Part shown: positions 38,753 to 48,242 of the stretch, piece after piece | Numbering within the stretch: the stretch's first letter is position 1 | Layout: each line of letters opens with the position of its first letter | Source of the DNA: Candidatus Uhrbacteria bacterium | GTDB taxonomy: Bacteria > Patescibacteriota > Patescibacteriia > JACRJV01 | DNA: 54,428 nt | Direction of reading: 5' to 3' | Assembly (NCBI GenBank): GCA_016215325.1 | Contig: JACRJV010000017.1 | Coordinates: 1 to 54,428 of the forward strand | The notes under the pieces: model-generated | The model's database searches: none | Seen by the model: only the letters and a program-made list of their open reading frames with translations | Told to the model about the DNA's origin: nothing | Translations under genes and position numbers: made by a program

Positions 38753-38868
38753 AAACTGGTTATAGGAAAATGGAGGTTGGTAATGGAAGTTGGAAATCGG
38801 AAGATAGATTCTGATTTCCGCTTTCTATTTTCCATTACGATTTTCCGATTTCTATAAACCAATTTCAA
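38750..38868. repeat. long imperfect hairpin of degenerate short repeats
   Basis: GTAATGGAA/TTCCATTAC and GGAAATCGGAA/TTCTGATTTCC nested pairs fill the metG-cvpA spacer. Confidence 0.75.
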
Positions 38869-38872
38869 AACT

Positions 38873-39499
38873 ATGACTCTGCTCGACGTCATTTTGATCG
38901 TCATCATGCTGTTATTCGTCGCCGCCGGGTTCCGTTCCGGCGCGATTCATTCTGTTGCAACAGTGATTGGATTTGCCGTTGGTATTTGGGTGGCCAACCA
39001 TTATTATGGTGTTGTGGCAGAGCGTTTTGCGCCCATGATTGGCGGGCAATTGTTGTTGGCAAAACTTATCGCCTACCCGGTAATTGTCGTGGTGGTCTCA
39101 AAAGCGGTGGGGATTACCGCATGGCTTGTTGGCAAGATCCTTGGGCTTATTCCATTGTTTGGGACATTTAACATGGTGATTGGCGCATTTATCGGCGCGT
39201 TTGAATCATGGCTTGTGCTTGGATTAGTCCTTACACTTTTTATCCGTTATCCATCAATTACGGTTGTCGATAAAGAGATCGCCCGTTCCTCCGTGGCTCA
39301 AAACATCATCAATTCCTACGGCCGGATGCTCCAATACCTGCCAAAGGAATTCCAGTCACTGGATGCCTTGGATATTGCATCGTGGAAGAAGGTTCAGGCT
39401 GCAGCGGGTGACCGATGGAAAGAATTCCAGAATGCAAAGGGTGCGGAGGGGTTCCAGAAGATCCAGGAGCTCAGGCATATGCTGCCTGAGCAGTACTAA
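38873..39499 (+). CDS. cvpA: CvpA family membrane protein
   Basis: LLDVILI...GFRSG...NMVIGAFIG...SS. Confidence 0.85.
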   Translation: MTLLDVILIVIMLLFVAAGFRSGAIHSVATVIGFAVGIWVANHYYGVVAERFAPMIGGQLLLAKLIAYPVIVVVVSKAVGITAWLVGKILGLIPLFGTFNMVIGAFIGAFESWLVLGLVLTLFIRYPSITVVDKEIARSSVAQNIINSYGRMLQYLPKEFQSLDALDIASWKKVQAAAGDRWKEFQNAKGAEGFQKIQELRHMLPEQY

Positions 39500-39501
39500 T
39501 T

Positions 39502-39581
39502 GATTCGAATACTATTCGAATAAATCCGAACACAATCGAGCTTTGAATTCGGTTCGATTCGGGCAAGATTCGGATAAATTT
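39502..39581. repeat. inverted array of TTCGAA/ATTCGG units
   Basis: ATTCGAATACT ATTCGAATAA ATCCGAA ... ATTCGG x3; similar tract (ACGCGGAT units) at 20530-20571. Confidence 0.65.
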
Positions 39582-39589
39582 GTACTTTT

Positions 39590-40489
39590 GTGTATTACGA
39601 TACTCACGCTCACCTAAATTTTAACGCATTCGCGAGTGACGCGGATGCTGTTGTGGCACGGGCATCAGAGGCCGGCGTTCGAATGAACGTGGTCGGTAGT
39701 CAGATCGACACAAGTCGAAGGGCGGTGGAGGTTGCGGCCAAACACCCGGAGATGATGCGCGCAGTTGTGGGATTGCACCCGATTCATCTGATCCAAACGC
39801 ACGTGGATGAGGAAGAAGATTCAGTCAACACTCGGGCGGAAATATTTGATTCGGCAGCGTACCGGTCACTGTTACGGTCATCATCATTGGTGACGGGTGT
39901 CGGGGAGTGCGGACTGGATTATTTTCGATTACCCGATTCAGCAGTTGACGGGACCGGGACCATGCTTGATCGCCAACAGATTCGGCAACTTCAACGCACT
40001 GTATTTGCCCAGCATGTAGAACTTGCAATAGAAGAGAAGAAAACACTGATGATCCATACAAGACAAGGGGAAAGGGCGAGGGACTCAATAACGGGGGATG
40101 GTCCTAATGCTTATGATGATGTATATACAATCTTAAAAAATTTCCAATTTCCAATTTCCAATTTCCAATTAAGGATTATCATGCATTGTTTCTCCGGTAC
40201 TTTGGAGCATGCCAAAGCGTTTTTAGATCTGGGCGCGACCATTTCGTTTTCAGGTATTGTGACGTTTAAGAACGCCAAAGAACTGCACGAGGTGGTCCGG
40301 CAGACTCCGTTGGAGCGGATTTGCATTGAAACCGATAGCCCGTACTTGGCGCCAGAACCGCATCGCGGCAGCCGCAATGAGCCCGCGTATGTAGTGGAGG
40401 TGGCTAAAGCCATAGCGGCACTCAAGAATATCCCATTAGAACAGGTGGCCGAGCAGACGACCAAGAATGCGCTGGAATTGTTTCAATAA
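39590..40489 (+). CDS. tatD: TatD family DNase
   Basis: DTHAHL, GLHP, GECGLDY, IHTR, HCFSG, ETDSPYLAP, NEP. Confidence 0.93.
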   Translation: MYYDTHAHLNFNAFASDADAVVARASEAGVRMNVVGSQIDTSRRAVEVAAKHPEMMRAVVGLHPIHLIQTHVDEEEDSVNTRAEIFDSAAYRSLLRSSSLVTGVGECGLDYFRLPDSAVDGTGTMLDRQQIRQLQRTVFAQHVELAIEEKKTLMIHTRQGERARDSITGDGPNAYDDVYTILKNFQFPISNFQLRIIMHCFSGTLEHAKAFLDLGATISFSGIVTFKNAKELHEVVRQTPLERICIETDSPYLAPEPHRGSRNEPAYVVEVAKAIAALKNIPLEQVAEQTTKNALELFQ

Positions 40490-40586
40490 TAACATCGTTA
40501 TTCCCCTCACCCCCTTTTTTTGACAGTTGTCAATCGTGTTGATACAGTATTTATTGAGAGAAGAAGTTACCATTTTTATAGATCGT

Positions 40587-41285
40587 ATGAGCAAAGAATT
40601 CTTATCTGTTGTGCCAGATCCCGAGCCTTCTGTTGTTGAGGAGGATCCGACAGTGGCCGAACCTTCCAGCGTCAGTAGTGAACGAGTTGAGAGTCAACGC
40701 GAAGCAGCCGAGATGGCAGTGATGGCGAACGCTGATATGAATTTTGCCTTGGGATTTGAGAGAATAGGGGACAAAGTAAGAGCGGAAGAATCAAGGAGAA
40801 AGGCAGAATTTGCCATGAAAAGCATCGAGCGTGAGATTAAGGAAGACGGGCAAATATTTCAAAAAGTCTCCGAGGTGATCGCGGAGATGTTGAGAGATGT
40901 TGATCAGGTATTCCCTGGAGATTCAAAGGGAATAGCGCTGTCTGAATTATTGAGAATAGGTTTACGGGGGAGAATATCTGGAGAAGGGAGAGACGGTTCT
41001 AAGATTATCAGTCTTGATATGACACCCAGAGCACAGCGAAGATGGGATCGGTTCAAGGAATTCCTAGGATTGCGCAGGATCGAGCCGTCGGGCTCAAAAG
41101 ATACGGGGTGGTTCTCGACGCAACAATATTGGTTGCCACAATATGCGACCAGTATCAATAACCTCGTAATACGGGTTATGCCGGTTGATATGAAGGATTC
41201 GAAAGGCAGTATTCTGGGATTAGAGGCCGTTACGATCAATGATAACACTTGGCGCGAGATCAATCATCCGAGGGTGGACGATTAG
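40587..41285 (+). CDS. hypothetical protein
   Basis: 232-aa ORF with acidic N-terminus, TTGACA upstream and a terminator downstream. Confidence 0.65.
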   Translation: MSKEFLSVVPDPEPSVVEEDPTVAEPSSVSSERVESQREAAEMAVMANADMNFALGFERIGDKVRAEESRRKAEFAMKSIEREIKEDGQIFQKVSEVIAEMLRDVDQVFPGDSKGIALSELLRIGLRGRISGEGRDGSKIISLDMTPRAQRRWDRFKEFLGLRRIEPSGSKDTGWFSTQQYWLPQYATSINNLVIRVMPVDMKDSKGSILGLEAVTINDNTWREINHPRVDD

Positions 41286-41314
41286 GCATATTGAATAACT
41301 GGTTTTAATTCATC

Positions 41315-41346
41315 CCCCATCTCAATTACGAGATGGGGTATTTTTT
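41315..41346 (+). terminator. intrinsic terminator
   Basis: CCCCATCTC-AATTAC-GAGATGGGG followed by TATTTTTT. Confidence 0.7.
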
Positions 41347-41394
41347 ATCCCCGTGCTTGATCGTCAAGGGGTGAGCCGGTACAATGAGAAGACT

Positions 41395-44300
41395 ATGTCT
41401 CTCTTCTCGTCACTCAACGCTGAACAAAAGACTGCCGTCACATACGGGAAAGGCCCTCTTATGATTGTTGCTGGGGCTGGAACCGGTAAAACCACGGTCA
41501 TTACCCAGCGAATTGTTTGGCTCATGGACCCCGCCGTTGGCGGGGCAAGCTCACCCAAGGCGTTCGGTCGCGCCTTGAAGCCGGAGGAAATATTGGCATT
41601 GACCTTTACGGACAAAGCAGCAGCCGAAATGGAAGATCGCGTCGGGGCGGCGCTCCCTATTGGTTATCGCGATTTGTGGATCAGCACCTTTCATGCCCTT
41701 TGTGAACGGTTATTGCGGACGCATGCTTTAGATATTGGGCTTAATGATAATTTTCGCGTCCTTACCCCCACCGCGGTGTGGGCGCTGCTTAAGAAGCACG
41801 AAGCACGATTTGATCTCGATTACTATCGCCCCAAAGGCAACCCGACAAAATATTATCACGCTCTTATCCGCCACTTTTCTCGCGCCAAAGACGAGGCGGT
41901 CGGGGTCGAAGAATACCTCCGGTTTGTCGAAGGGAAGCACTTGGACCGTGCTGCAGCTCTCGGGGTCCCATTGGTTGGAATCGGCGGGGAAGAACTCGAT
42001 CAGAAACGCTTACATGAAATTGCCGGTGCGTATGCCACGTATGAGCAAATACTTCGGGATGAGAATACCCTGGATTTTGGCGACTTGCTCGTTTGGACCG
42101 TGAAACTCCTCCAAGAGCGTCCCAATATCCTGGAGCAGTACCGGAAACAGTTCCAATGCATTGTGGTGGATGAATTCCAAGATACCAATTGGGTGCAGTA
42201 CGAATTGGTTAAGCTCCTCGCGTCACCCGCAAACAACCTTACGGTCGTGGCGGATGATGATCAGGCGATTTACCGTTGGCGGGGCGCATCATTTAGCAAT
42301 GTTATTCAATTTAAGAAGGATTTTCCGAGCGCCTGCGAGGTTGCGTTGGTACAGAACTACCGGAGCGCACAACCCATCCTTGATCTTGCCTATCAATTTA
42401 TCCAAAAAAATAATCCCAATCGTTTGGAGGCGCGCAGTGGGATTTCGAAACATCTCCAAAGCGCTGTACCGCTTTCGGGTGCGATTGAACACCGTCCGGC
42501 AGCGACGGTGCATGAAGAAGCCCGGATGGTGGTGAAGACCATCCTTGAGCAGATGCAAGAGAGCGCTTTGAGTGGCCATCCCCTGCAGTGGAACGATGTC
42601 GCAGTGCTTGTGCGATCCAATGCCGATGCGGACCCGTTTGTGCGAGCATTTGCAGCGTCCGGTATCCCATACGATGTCGCGAGTTCGCGGGGGTTGTACC
42701 TCACGCCGATTGTGTTAGATACCCTGGCATACCTTAATTTGTTGGATAACTATCACGAATCCGCAAGTGTCTATCGAGTGTTAAAAATGAGTGTGTTTGC
42801 AGTAGCCGATGAAACGATCCACACGCTCTTACGAGAAGCGCGCAAAAAAAATCATTCGTTGTTTGAAATTCTCCGTCGTTGTGGTACGGTGGGCATCCCG
42901 ACTGCCGAACAAGAAAAGATCGCCAAGCTATTGGCAATGATCGAAACACACACTGCGCTTTCCAAGGGGTTTGGCCCTGCGAAAGTTGTGGTTGCGTTTT
43001 TTAAAGATAGCGGGCTCGTTGCCCGGTGGCGTGCCGAGGGAGCAACTCCATATGACCTCCAGGAGCTTTCTTATGCAGAACAATTTTATCGTATTGTTGA
43101 ACAATATGAGCGGGAGCAGCAGATTCCAACGATTACGGGGATCGCTGAATTGGTGAGGTTAAGTTTGGAAGCAGGGGATGAGGGGGCGCTCAAGCGCGAC
43201 GATGCAGGACCCGAGGCGGTACAGGTATTGACCATGCATGCGGCAAAGGGGCTGGAGTTCCGCGTGGTGTGTATCGTGAGTATGGTGGATCGCCGCTTCC
43301 CCACCCAATATCGCCCTGAACCATTGGAGCTGCCGATGGAGCTCATGAAAGAGATATTGCCGGAAGGGGACTGGCACTTACAAGAGGAGCGCCGGCTGAT
43401 GTACGTTGCGATTACTCGTGCCAAAGAGAAACTGTACTTTACCAGCGCCCAAGATTATGGTGGGGTTCGCAAGAAGAAACCATCGCTTTTTTTGTACGAA
43501 CTCGGACTCATTCAAAAAGAGAAGTCAGAAGTCAGAAGTCAGAAGTCAGAACAATCGACATTCACGACAGATGCAACATTACCAATTCCTAATATCCGAT
43601 ATCCAATATCCAATCTCCCGTCTTACTTTAGTTTCACCCAACTCAAAGCATTCGAGAGCTGTCCGCTCCAATATAAGTTTGCCCACATCCTCAAGATTCC
43701 GATCGAAGGTCGGTTTACGTTTAGTTTTGGTAAATCGATGCATAAAACGCTCGAAGTCTTCTTCCAGCGAATGATCCGCGGTGCTCAACAAGGACAGCTT
43801 TTTGCGCTGCAAGAAAGCGCCGCAGCCGCTGCCCCCGTCATGGAAGAATTGCTCCAACTCTATGAACAATCCTGGCTCAACGAGTGGTACGAGAGCGCTG
43901 TGCACGAACGAAAATATTATCAGGAAGGGAAGAAGATCCTCAAAGAATTCTATCAACTCCATCAAGGGCATTGGCCATCGCCTCGATACCTCGAAAAACC
44001 CTTTACGATTAAATTTGGAGAGTTTGAGCTGCGCGGCGTTATTGATCGCGTGGATACCCTCGCGGACGGAGCAAATCCAGAGGTTGAAATTATCGATTAT
44101 AAAACCGGGCGCGTGCCCGAGGGCAAGACGCTCCCGTTTGAAAAGAAACAGCAGCTGCTTATCTATCAATTGGCGGTTTTACGACTTACGGATGAGCAGC
44201 CGAAGTTGTTGAGTTATTACTATTTAGAACAGAACAAAAAAATGTCATTTTTGGGAACGCCCGAAGAGTTGGAGAAGGTTGAGCAGTTCGTTGTAGAGAC

Positions 44301-44400
44301 GATCGAAAACATCCGCACGAGTGATTTCCATCCAACGCCCGATCCCATAGTGTGTGGATTTTGCGATTTTAGGACGATTTGCGAGTTCCGGAAGATCTGA
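41395..44400 (+). CDS. UvrD/PcrA-family SF1 helicase fused to a PD-(D/E)XK nuclease (AddA/AdnB-like)
   Basis: AGAGTGKT, LTFT, VDEFQD, DQAIYRWRGA, NYRS, HAAKGLEF, YVAITRAK; C-terminal CP...GVIDRVD...IIDYKTG...CGFCDFRTIC. Confidence 0.93.
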   Translation: MSLFSSLNAEQKTAVTYGKGPLMIVAGAGTGKTTVITQRIVWLMDPAVGGASSPKAFGRALKPEEILALTFTDKAAAEMEDRVGAALPIGYRDLWISTFHALCERLLRTHALDIGLNDNFRVLTPTAVWALLKKHEARFDLDYYRPKGNPTKYYHALIRHFSRAKDEAVGVEEYLRFVEGKHLDRAAALGVPLVGIGGEELDQKRLHEIAGAYATYEQILRDENTLDFGDLLVWTVKLLQERPNILEQYRKQFQCIVVDEFQDTNWVQYELVKLLASPANNLTVVADDDQAIYRWRGASFSNVIQFKKDFPSACEVALVQNYRSAQPILDLAYQFIQKNNPNRLEARSGISKHLQSAVPLSGAIEHRPAATVHEEARMVVKTILEQMQESALSGHPLQWNDVAVLVRSNADADPFVRAFAASGIPYDVASSRGLYLTPIVLDTLAYLNLLDNYHESASVYRVLKMSVFAVADETIHTLLREARKKNHSLFEILRRCGTVGIPTAEQEKIAKLLAMIETHTALSKGFGPAKVVVAFFKDSGLVARWRAEGATPYDLQELSYAEQFYRIVEQYEREQQIPTITGIAELVRLSLEAGDEGALKRDDAGPEAVQVLTMHAAKGLEFRVVCIVSMVDRRFPTQYRPEPLELPMELMKEILPEGDWHLQEERRLMYVAITRAKEKLYFTSAQDYGGVRKKKPSLFLYELGLIQKEKSEVRSQKSEQSTFTTDATLPIPNIRYPISNLPSYFSFTQLKAFESCPLQYKFAHILKIPIEGRFTFSFGKSMHKTLEVFFQRMIRGAQQGQLFALQESAAAAAPVMEELLQLYEQSWLNEWYESAVHERKYYQEGKKILKEFYQLHQGHWPSPRYLEKPFTIKFGEFELRGVIDRVDTLADGANPEVEIIDYKTGRVPEGKTLPFEKKQQLLIYQLAVLRLTDEQPKLLSYYYLEQNKKMSFLGTPEELEKVEQFVVETIENIRTSDFHPTPDPIVCGFCDFRTICEFRKI

Positions 44401-44401
44401 T

Positions 44402-44959
44402 ATGTTTTTACTCATCGACAACCACGATTCATTCACATACAACGTCTATCAGCAGATGGCACGGCTCGGTGCGGATGTTGATATTAAGACCCCGGAAGAA
44501 ACCACTATCGCCGCCGCAGGAAGCTATGACGCCATTGTCATTTCTCCCGGGCCACAAGCCCCAGAACAAGCTCCCGTTGTTTGCGAGATCATCAGGAAAT
44601 ATTATCGAATCAAACCCATGTTGGGGATTTGTTTGGGGCACCAGTGTATCGCGAGCATATTCGGGTCGCGCACTGTCCGTGCGTCTTCTGCCATCCATGG
44701 GAAGACAAGCGCCGTTGTCCATAATGGTGAGGGGATTTTTCAAGATGTCGAGAGTCCTTTAATAGCGGCGCGATATCATTCGTTGGTGATCGAGAAGCTG
44801 CCCGATGGATTCGAAAAAAGCGCTTGGACTCAAGACGGTGTTATTATGGGTATCCGACATCAGCAGTACCCCCTCTTTGGCATCCAGTTTCATCCCGAAT
44901 CGTTTTTGACCGTTGGAGGTGACCGGATACTCTCCAATTTTATTCATGAACATTATTGA
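44402..44959 (+). CDS. pabA: aminodeoxychorismate synthase glutamine amidotransferase subunit
   Basis: IDNHDSFTYN, ISPGP, GICLGHQ, RYHSL, QFHPES. Confidence 0.88.
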   Translation: MFLLIDNHDSFTYNVYQQMARLGADVDIKTPEETTIAAAGSYDAIVISPGPQAPEQAPVVCEIIRKYYRIKPMLGICLGHQCIASIFGSRTVRASSAIHGKTSAVVHNGEGIFQDVESPLIAARYHSLVIEKLPDGFEKSAWTQDGVIMGIRHQQYPLFGIQFHPESFLTVGGDRILSNFIHEHY

Positions 44960-46151
44960 ACTTATTATTGAAGACTTTGACCCGGTAGAATTTTACTTAG
45001 GACTTCATCGTGAACAGTCAGTGAGCTTCCTCCACACCGGGTTAATGACAGACCGTGATCACTGGTCCGTCCTCGCATGGGCGCCCCAACGAACGATTGT
45101 CCGTTGGGAGGATTTGCCACGCGACTGTTCGCGACATCCTTGCAAGTTGCCATTTTGCGGTGGAGTGATTGGGGTGCTCCCCTATGATAGTGGTGGGGGA
45201 TTACTGCCGCCGGTCATCGCTTACGAGTACGATCAATTCCTTTGTTACGATCTGAAGACGGGGAAGGTGTATACCAGCGCTCCAGAATTTGTCATGGAGA
45301 TGTGGCAGCGGCCAAAACTTCGTCATTCTGAACAGACGAGTATACGCCTCCAGCCATTGTGGACACATCTGGATTATGCCAAGAGATTTAATCGCATTAA
45401 GGAATTTATTTTGGATGGGGATATCTATCAAGTGAATTTGAGCTATCCCTGGACAGCGCGCTTTACGAGTGATGCACGCGGGTTGTTTGCGCGATTGTGT
45501 AAACAACATCCCTCATCGATGAGCGCATATATTCAAGGAGATGATTTTGAGCTGGTGAGTTGCTCCCCGGAGCGATTCCTTGCTCTTGATGGCAATGTAG
45601 TCCAAACCATGCCTATTAAAGGCACGCGGCCCAGGGGGGCGACTCCGGTAGAAGACCAACGGATGCATGACGAGTTGCTTTCGAGCGCCAAGGAAACAGC
45701 AGAACTTGCGATGATTACTGATTTGTTGCGCAATGATATAGGACAGGTATGCCAGATCGGTTCCGTGGAAGTGAAACAATTTAAAGCGATCCAACAGTGG
45801 CCAACGGTCTGGCACACCCATTCGCTCATTGAAGGGGTGCTTGCCGATCGCTATCACGCAATAGATTTGTTGCGTGCGTGTTTCCCGGGGGGTTCAGTGA
45901 CGGGTTGCCCAAAACGCCGGGCTATGGAGATTATTCAGGAAGTGGAGCAATCCCCTCGCGGGCTGTATACGGGAAGTGTTATCAATTTGAGCCAGTGTGG
46001 AAAAATGGACAGTAACATTGTCATCCGGTCGCTTGTTGCCAGCAAAAACGCCCTGACGTTGAACGTCGGGGGGGGGATTGTCGTGGACTCGGATTGTAAC
46101 GCTGAATACCAAGAGACGCTTGATAAGGCCAAGGCCTTTCTGTCGTTATGA
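44946..46151 (+). CDS. pabB: aminodeoxychorismate synthase component I
   Basis: GDIYQVNL, SPERF, PIKGT (PabB-type Lys; TrpE has PIAGT), DLLRND, FPGGSVTGCPK, GGGIV. Confidence 0.88.
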   Translation: MNIIELIIEDFDPVEFYLGLHREQSVSFLHTGLMTDRDHWSVLAWAPQRTIVRWEDLPRDCSRHPCKLPFCGGVIGVLPYDSGGGLLPPVIAYEYDQFLCYDLKTGKVYTSAPEFVMEMWQRPKLRHSEQTSIRLQPLWTHLDYAKRFNRIKEFILDGDIYQVNLSYPWTARFTSDARGLFARLCKQHPSSMSAYIQGDDFELVSCSPERFLALDGNVVQTMPIKGTRPRGATPVEDQRMHDELLSSAKETAELAMITDLLRNDIGQVCQIGSVEVKQFKAIQQWPTVWHTHSLIEGVLADRYHAIDLLRACFPGGSVTGCPKRRAMEIIQEVEQSPRGLYTGSVINLSQCGKMDSNIVIRSLVASKNALTLNVGGGIVVDSDCNAEYQETLDKAKAFLSL

Positions 46152-46840
46152 GTAAAGGGGTGTTTGAGACCATGCGGACGTATGGAGGAAATGTGTACAT
46201 GCTCGATGCGCATCTTCAGCGCTTGGAGCGTTCAGCGATTCTTATCGGGATGAAATTGCCGGAGAGCATGACGACAATGAGACAGCGCGTCGTTGAGGGT
46301 GTGCGATCCCGTCATGGAGATTATTCACTAAAAATTCGAGTCATTGCGACAGCCGAGAATGTCGCGGTTGAAATAACTTTATTGGAGATTACTCCAAATA
46401 TTAGCCAGGGGGTGTCCGCCACGTTTGTGAATCTCGAGCGCGAGCCCCCCCAAGAAGCCAAGCAATGGCCCTACACGCAATGCCAGCAGGCGCATCAGCG
46501 GGCTGTGGACCGGGGTTTTTTTGATGCATTACTTGTTGATCGTTCTGGGATCGTTCGCGAAGGCGCGTATTCTAATATTTTTTGGGTGAACCATGGTAGA
46601 ATATATACGACCGGGGAACATATCCTTCAAGGGATAACCCGGCAAGTCGTTTGTGAGCAGGTTCCCGTGGTATTGGGGCAGATCACTGCCAAGAAACTCC
46701 TGCAGTGCGACGAAGTGTTTATCACCAAGACAACCACCGGCGTAACTGGCCTTGTTGCGATTGACGGGAAAACAATTGGTAAGGGCAAGGTTGGTCCTGT
46801 GACGGCGAAATTGATGGAGTATCTCCACGCTCTCGAGTAG
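46148..46840 (+). CDS. pabC: class IV PLP enzyme, probable aminodeoxychorismate lyase
   Basis: GVFETMR, HLQRL, EGAYSNIF, LQGITR, DEVFIT; coupled to pabAB. Confidence 0.72.
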   Translation: MSKGVFETMRTYGGNVYMLDAHLQRLERSAILIGMKLPESMTTMRQRVVEGVRSRHGDYSLKIRVIATAENVAVEITLLEITPNISQGVSATFVNLEREPPQEAKQWPYTQCQQAHQRAVDRGFFDALLVDRSGIVREGAYSNIFWVNHGRIYTTGEHILQGITRQVVCEQVPVVLGQITAKKLLQCDEVFITKTTTGVTGLVAIDGKTIGKGKVGPVTAKLMEYLHALE

Positions 46841-46847
46841 AGTCTTA

Positions 46848-46939
46848 CCGTCATTGTCATTCTGACCCCGCTTTGGCGGGGGGAGAATCTTAACAAGAGC
46901 GGTTGCGACGAGCTCCTTCGTTCGGGCTCAGGATGGCGG
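46848..46939. repeat. palindromic element family A, degenerate copy
   Basis: GTCATTCTGA-CCCCGC TTT GGCGGGG-GAGAATCT ... AGCTCCTTCG...TCAGGATGGC, same layout as the cobO insert. Confidence 0.7.
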
Positions 46940-46945
46940 AACTAT

Positions 46946-47248
46946 ATGCAGCAACTCAAAGACATCCTTAAGCGGCATATGCCCAAGACGAGCATTGGCC
47001 GCCAGTTAGAAGCCAATCAAGTGCTCCATGCGGCAGAGCAGGTGATTGGATCGTGGTTTAACAACCGCGGGATGCCAGCGCAGGTGAGGGGGGAATATTT
47101 TAAACAAGGAGCGGTGTTCGTAAGCATCGGGCCTGCGCCCGCTGTGGATGAAATCAGATTGCATCAGAAGGAATTCCTTGCCAAAATGAATGAGCAACTT
47201 GGCCGCCCTGTTGTGAAACGGATTCAGGCGCTTGGCCGCGCATCGTGA
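46946..47248 (+). CDS. DUF721/DciA family protein
   Basis: LKDIL start, beta-alpha core, EIRLHQKEFLAKMNEQLG...VKRI. Confidence 0.7.
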   Translation: MQQLKDILKRHMPKTSIGRQLEANQVLHAAEQVIGSWFNNRGMPAQVRGEYFKQGAVFVSIGPAPAVDEIRLHQKEFLAKMNEQLGRPVVKRIQALGRAS

Positions 47249-47256
47249 TTGGCTCT

Positions 47257-47646
47257 ATGACATTGACGCGCTACACCCTCATGCTGTTGGTTGCCACGCT
47301 GATTGCATGGTCCGGTTTTGCGGTTGTGATTACACAGATTAACCCCCAGACAACGGGGTATGATGGGTTTCTGTTGTTTTATATCAGCCTCTTCTTTTGC
47401 TTACTCGCGAGTTTTTCACTTATCGGATTGCTGATCCGTCTTAAAACCCAAAAGCAGCATCTTCCGTATTACGTCGTGTTACTATCATTCCGCCAAGCAA
47501 TTTTTTTCTCGCTGCTGGTGATTGGCGCGCTGCTGTTGCAAAGCCAGAAGGCCTTGTATTGGTGGAATATGGTTCTGTTGGTCATTGGCCTCACGGCAGT
47601 GGAGTTCTTTGCTTTGCGGCGTGTGCGAAGAACCCCCTCACCCTAA
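47257..47646 (+). CDS. 4-TM hypothetical membrane protein
   Basis: W...INP...LFY.SLF...SFRQ...WWN...E; stop codon lies inside the family C repeat. Confidence 0.75.
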   Translation: MTLTRYTLMLLVATLIAWSGFAVVITQINPQTTGYDGFLLFYISLFFCLLASFSLIGLLIRLKTQKQHLPYYVVLLSFRQAIFFSLLVIGALLLQSQKALYWWNMVLLVIGLTAVEFFALRRVRRTPSP

Positions 47647-47705
47647 CCCTCTTTCACCGTCGCCAGCGGGACTCCGCACGCTGCGGTAGAGCGCTGGAGA
47701 GGGAA
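47633..47705. repeat. REP-like element family C, copy 2 with nested hairpins
   Basis: CCCCCTCACCCTAACCCTCT...CCAGCG...CGCTGG AGAGGGAA. Confidence 0.7.
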
Positions 47706-47788
47706 CAGTATGGAAATGTATAACGCCAGCGTGCCTCAGTGAAGAAGCCGCCGGCGTTTTGGAATCTTGACCCTGGCCGCGTTTGCCG

Positions 47789-48229
47789 TCAGGGCTCGTC
47801 TTGGAGCAAACTGAAGGTGGCCATGATGGCCCCCAAGAATACGGCAAGGCCGCAAAGGGCGGTGACAATCACACCCTCGACGATGGCATTGCCGGTGGCA
47901 TTGGCTACGCGTCTAAGCGGGGCGCGCGCAATGAGCACTTGGACTACGATCAGCCCAAGGGTGCTGGCGCCAGCCACCACGCCCAGGATACTCACGAAAT
48001 GTGCGCGGAGCCACTCGCGCAAGGCCACCCATAGAGCCAGAGCCAACGTCATCGAAAGCAGCCCATTGATGTGGGCGGCAGCGAATTGCTGGCCGAACGT
48101 TTGGGTCTGGAGATGAGCAATGACTGGCGCAGCGAGCGTGCGCCATTCTTCCTCTCCGAGTTTGTAGAGCGCCCAGGCGCCCAGTGCAAACAATGCCGCG
48201 GACCCCACGAGTATGACGAAATGATTCAT
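47789..48229 (-). CDS. 4-TM orphan membrane protein (146 aa)
   Basis: AGGAGG SD before ATG at 48229; GC-rich; hydrophobic helices. Confidence 0.7.
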   Translation of the reverse strand: MNHFVILVGSAALFALGAWALYKLGEEEWRTLAAPVIAHLQTQTFGQQFAAAHINGLLSMTLALALWVALREWLRAHFVSILGVVAGASTLGLIVVQVLIARAPLRRVANATGNAIVEGVIVTALCGLAVFLGAIMATFSLLQDEP

Positions 48230-48242
48230 CGCTTCCTCCTGT

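Noticed and set aside
40506-41375. CTCACCCC / GGGGTGAG inverted ends around the 40587-41285 gene, suggesting a gene-carrying hairpin cassette
   Set aside because: Only 8 bp; plausible by chance without an empty-site comparison.
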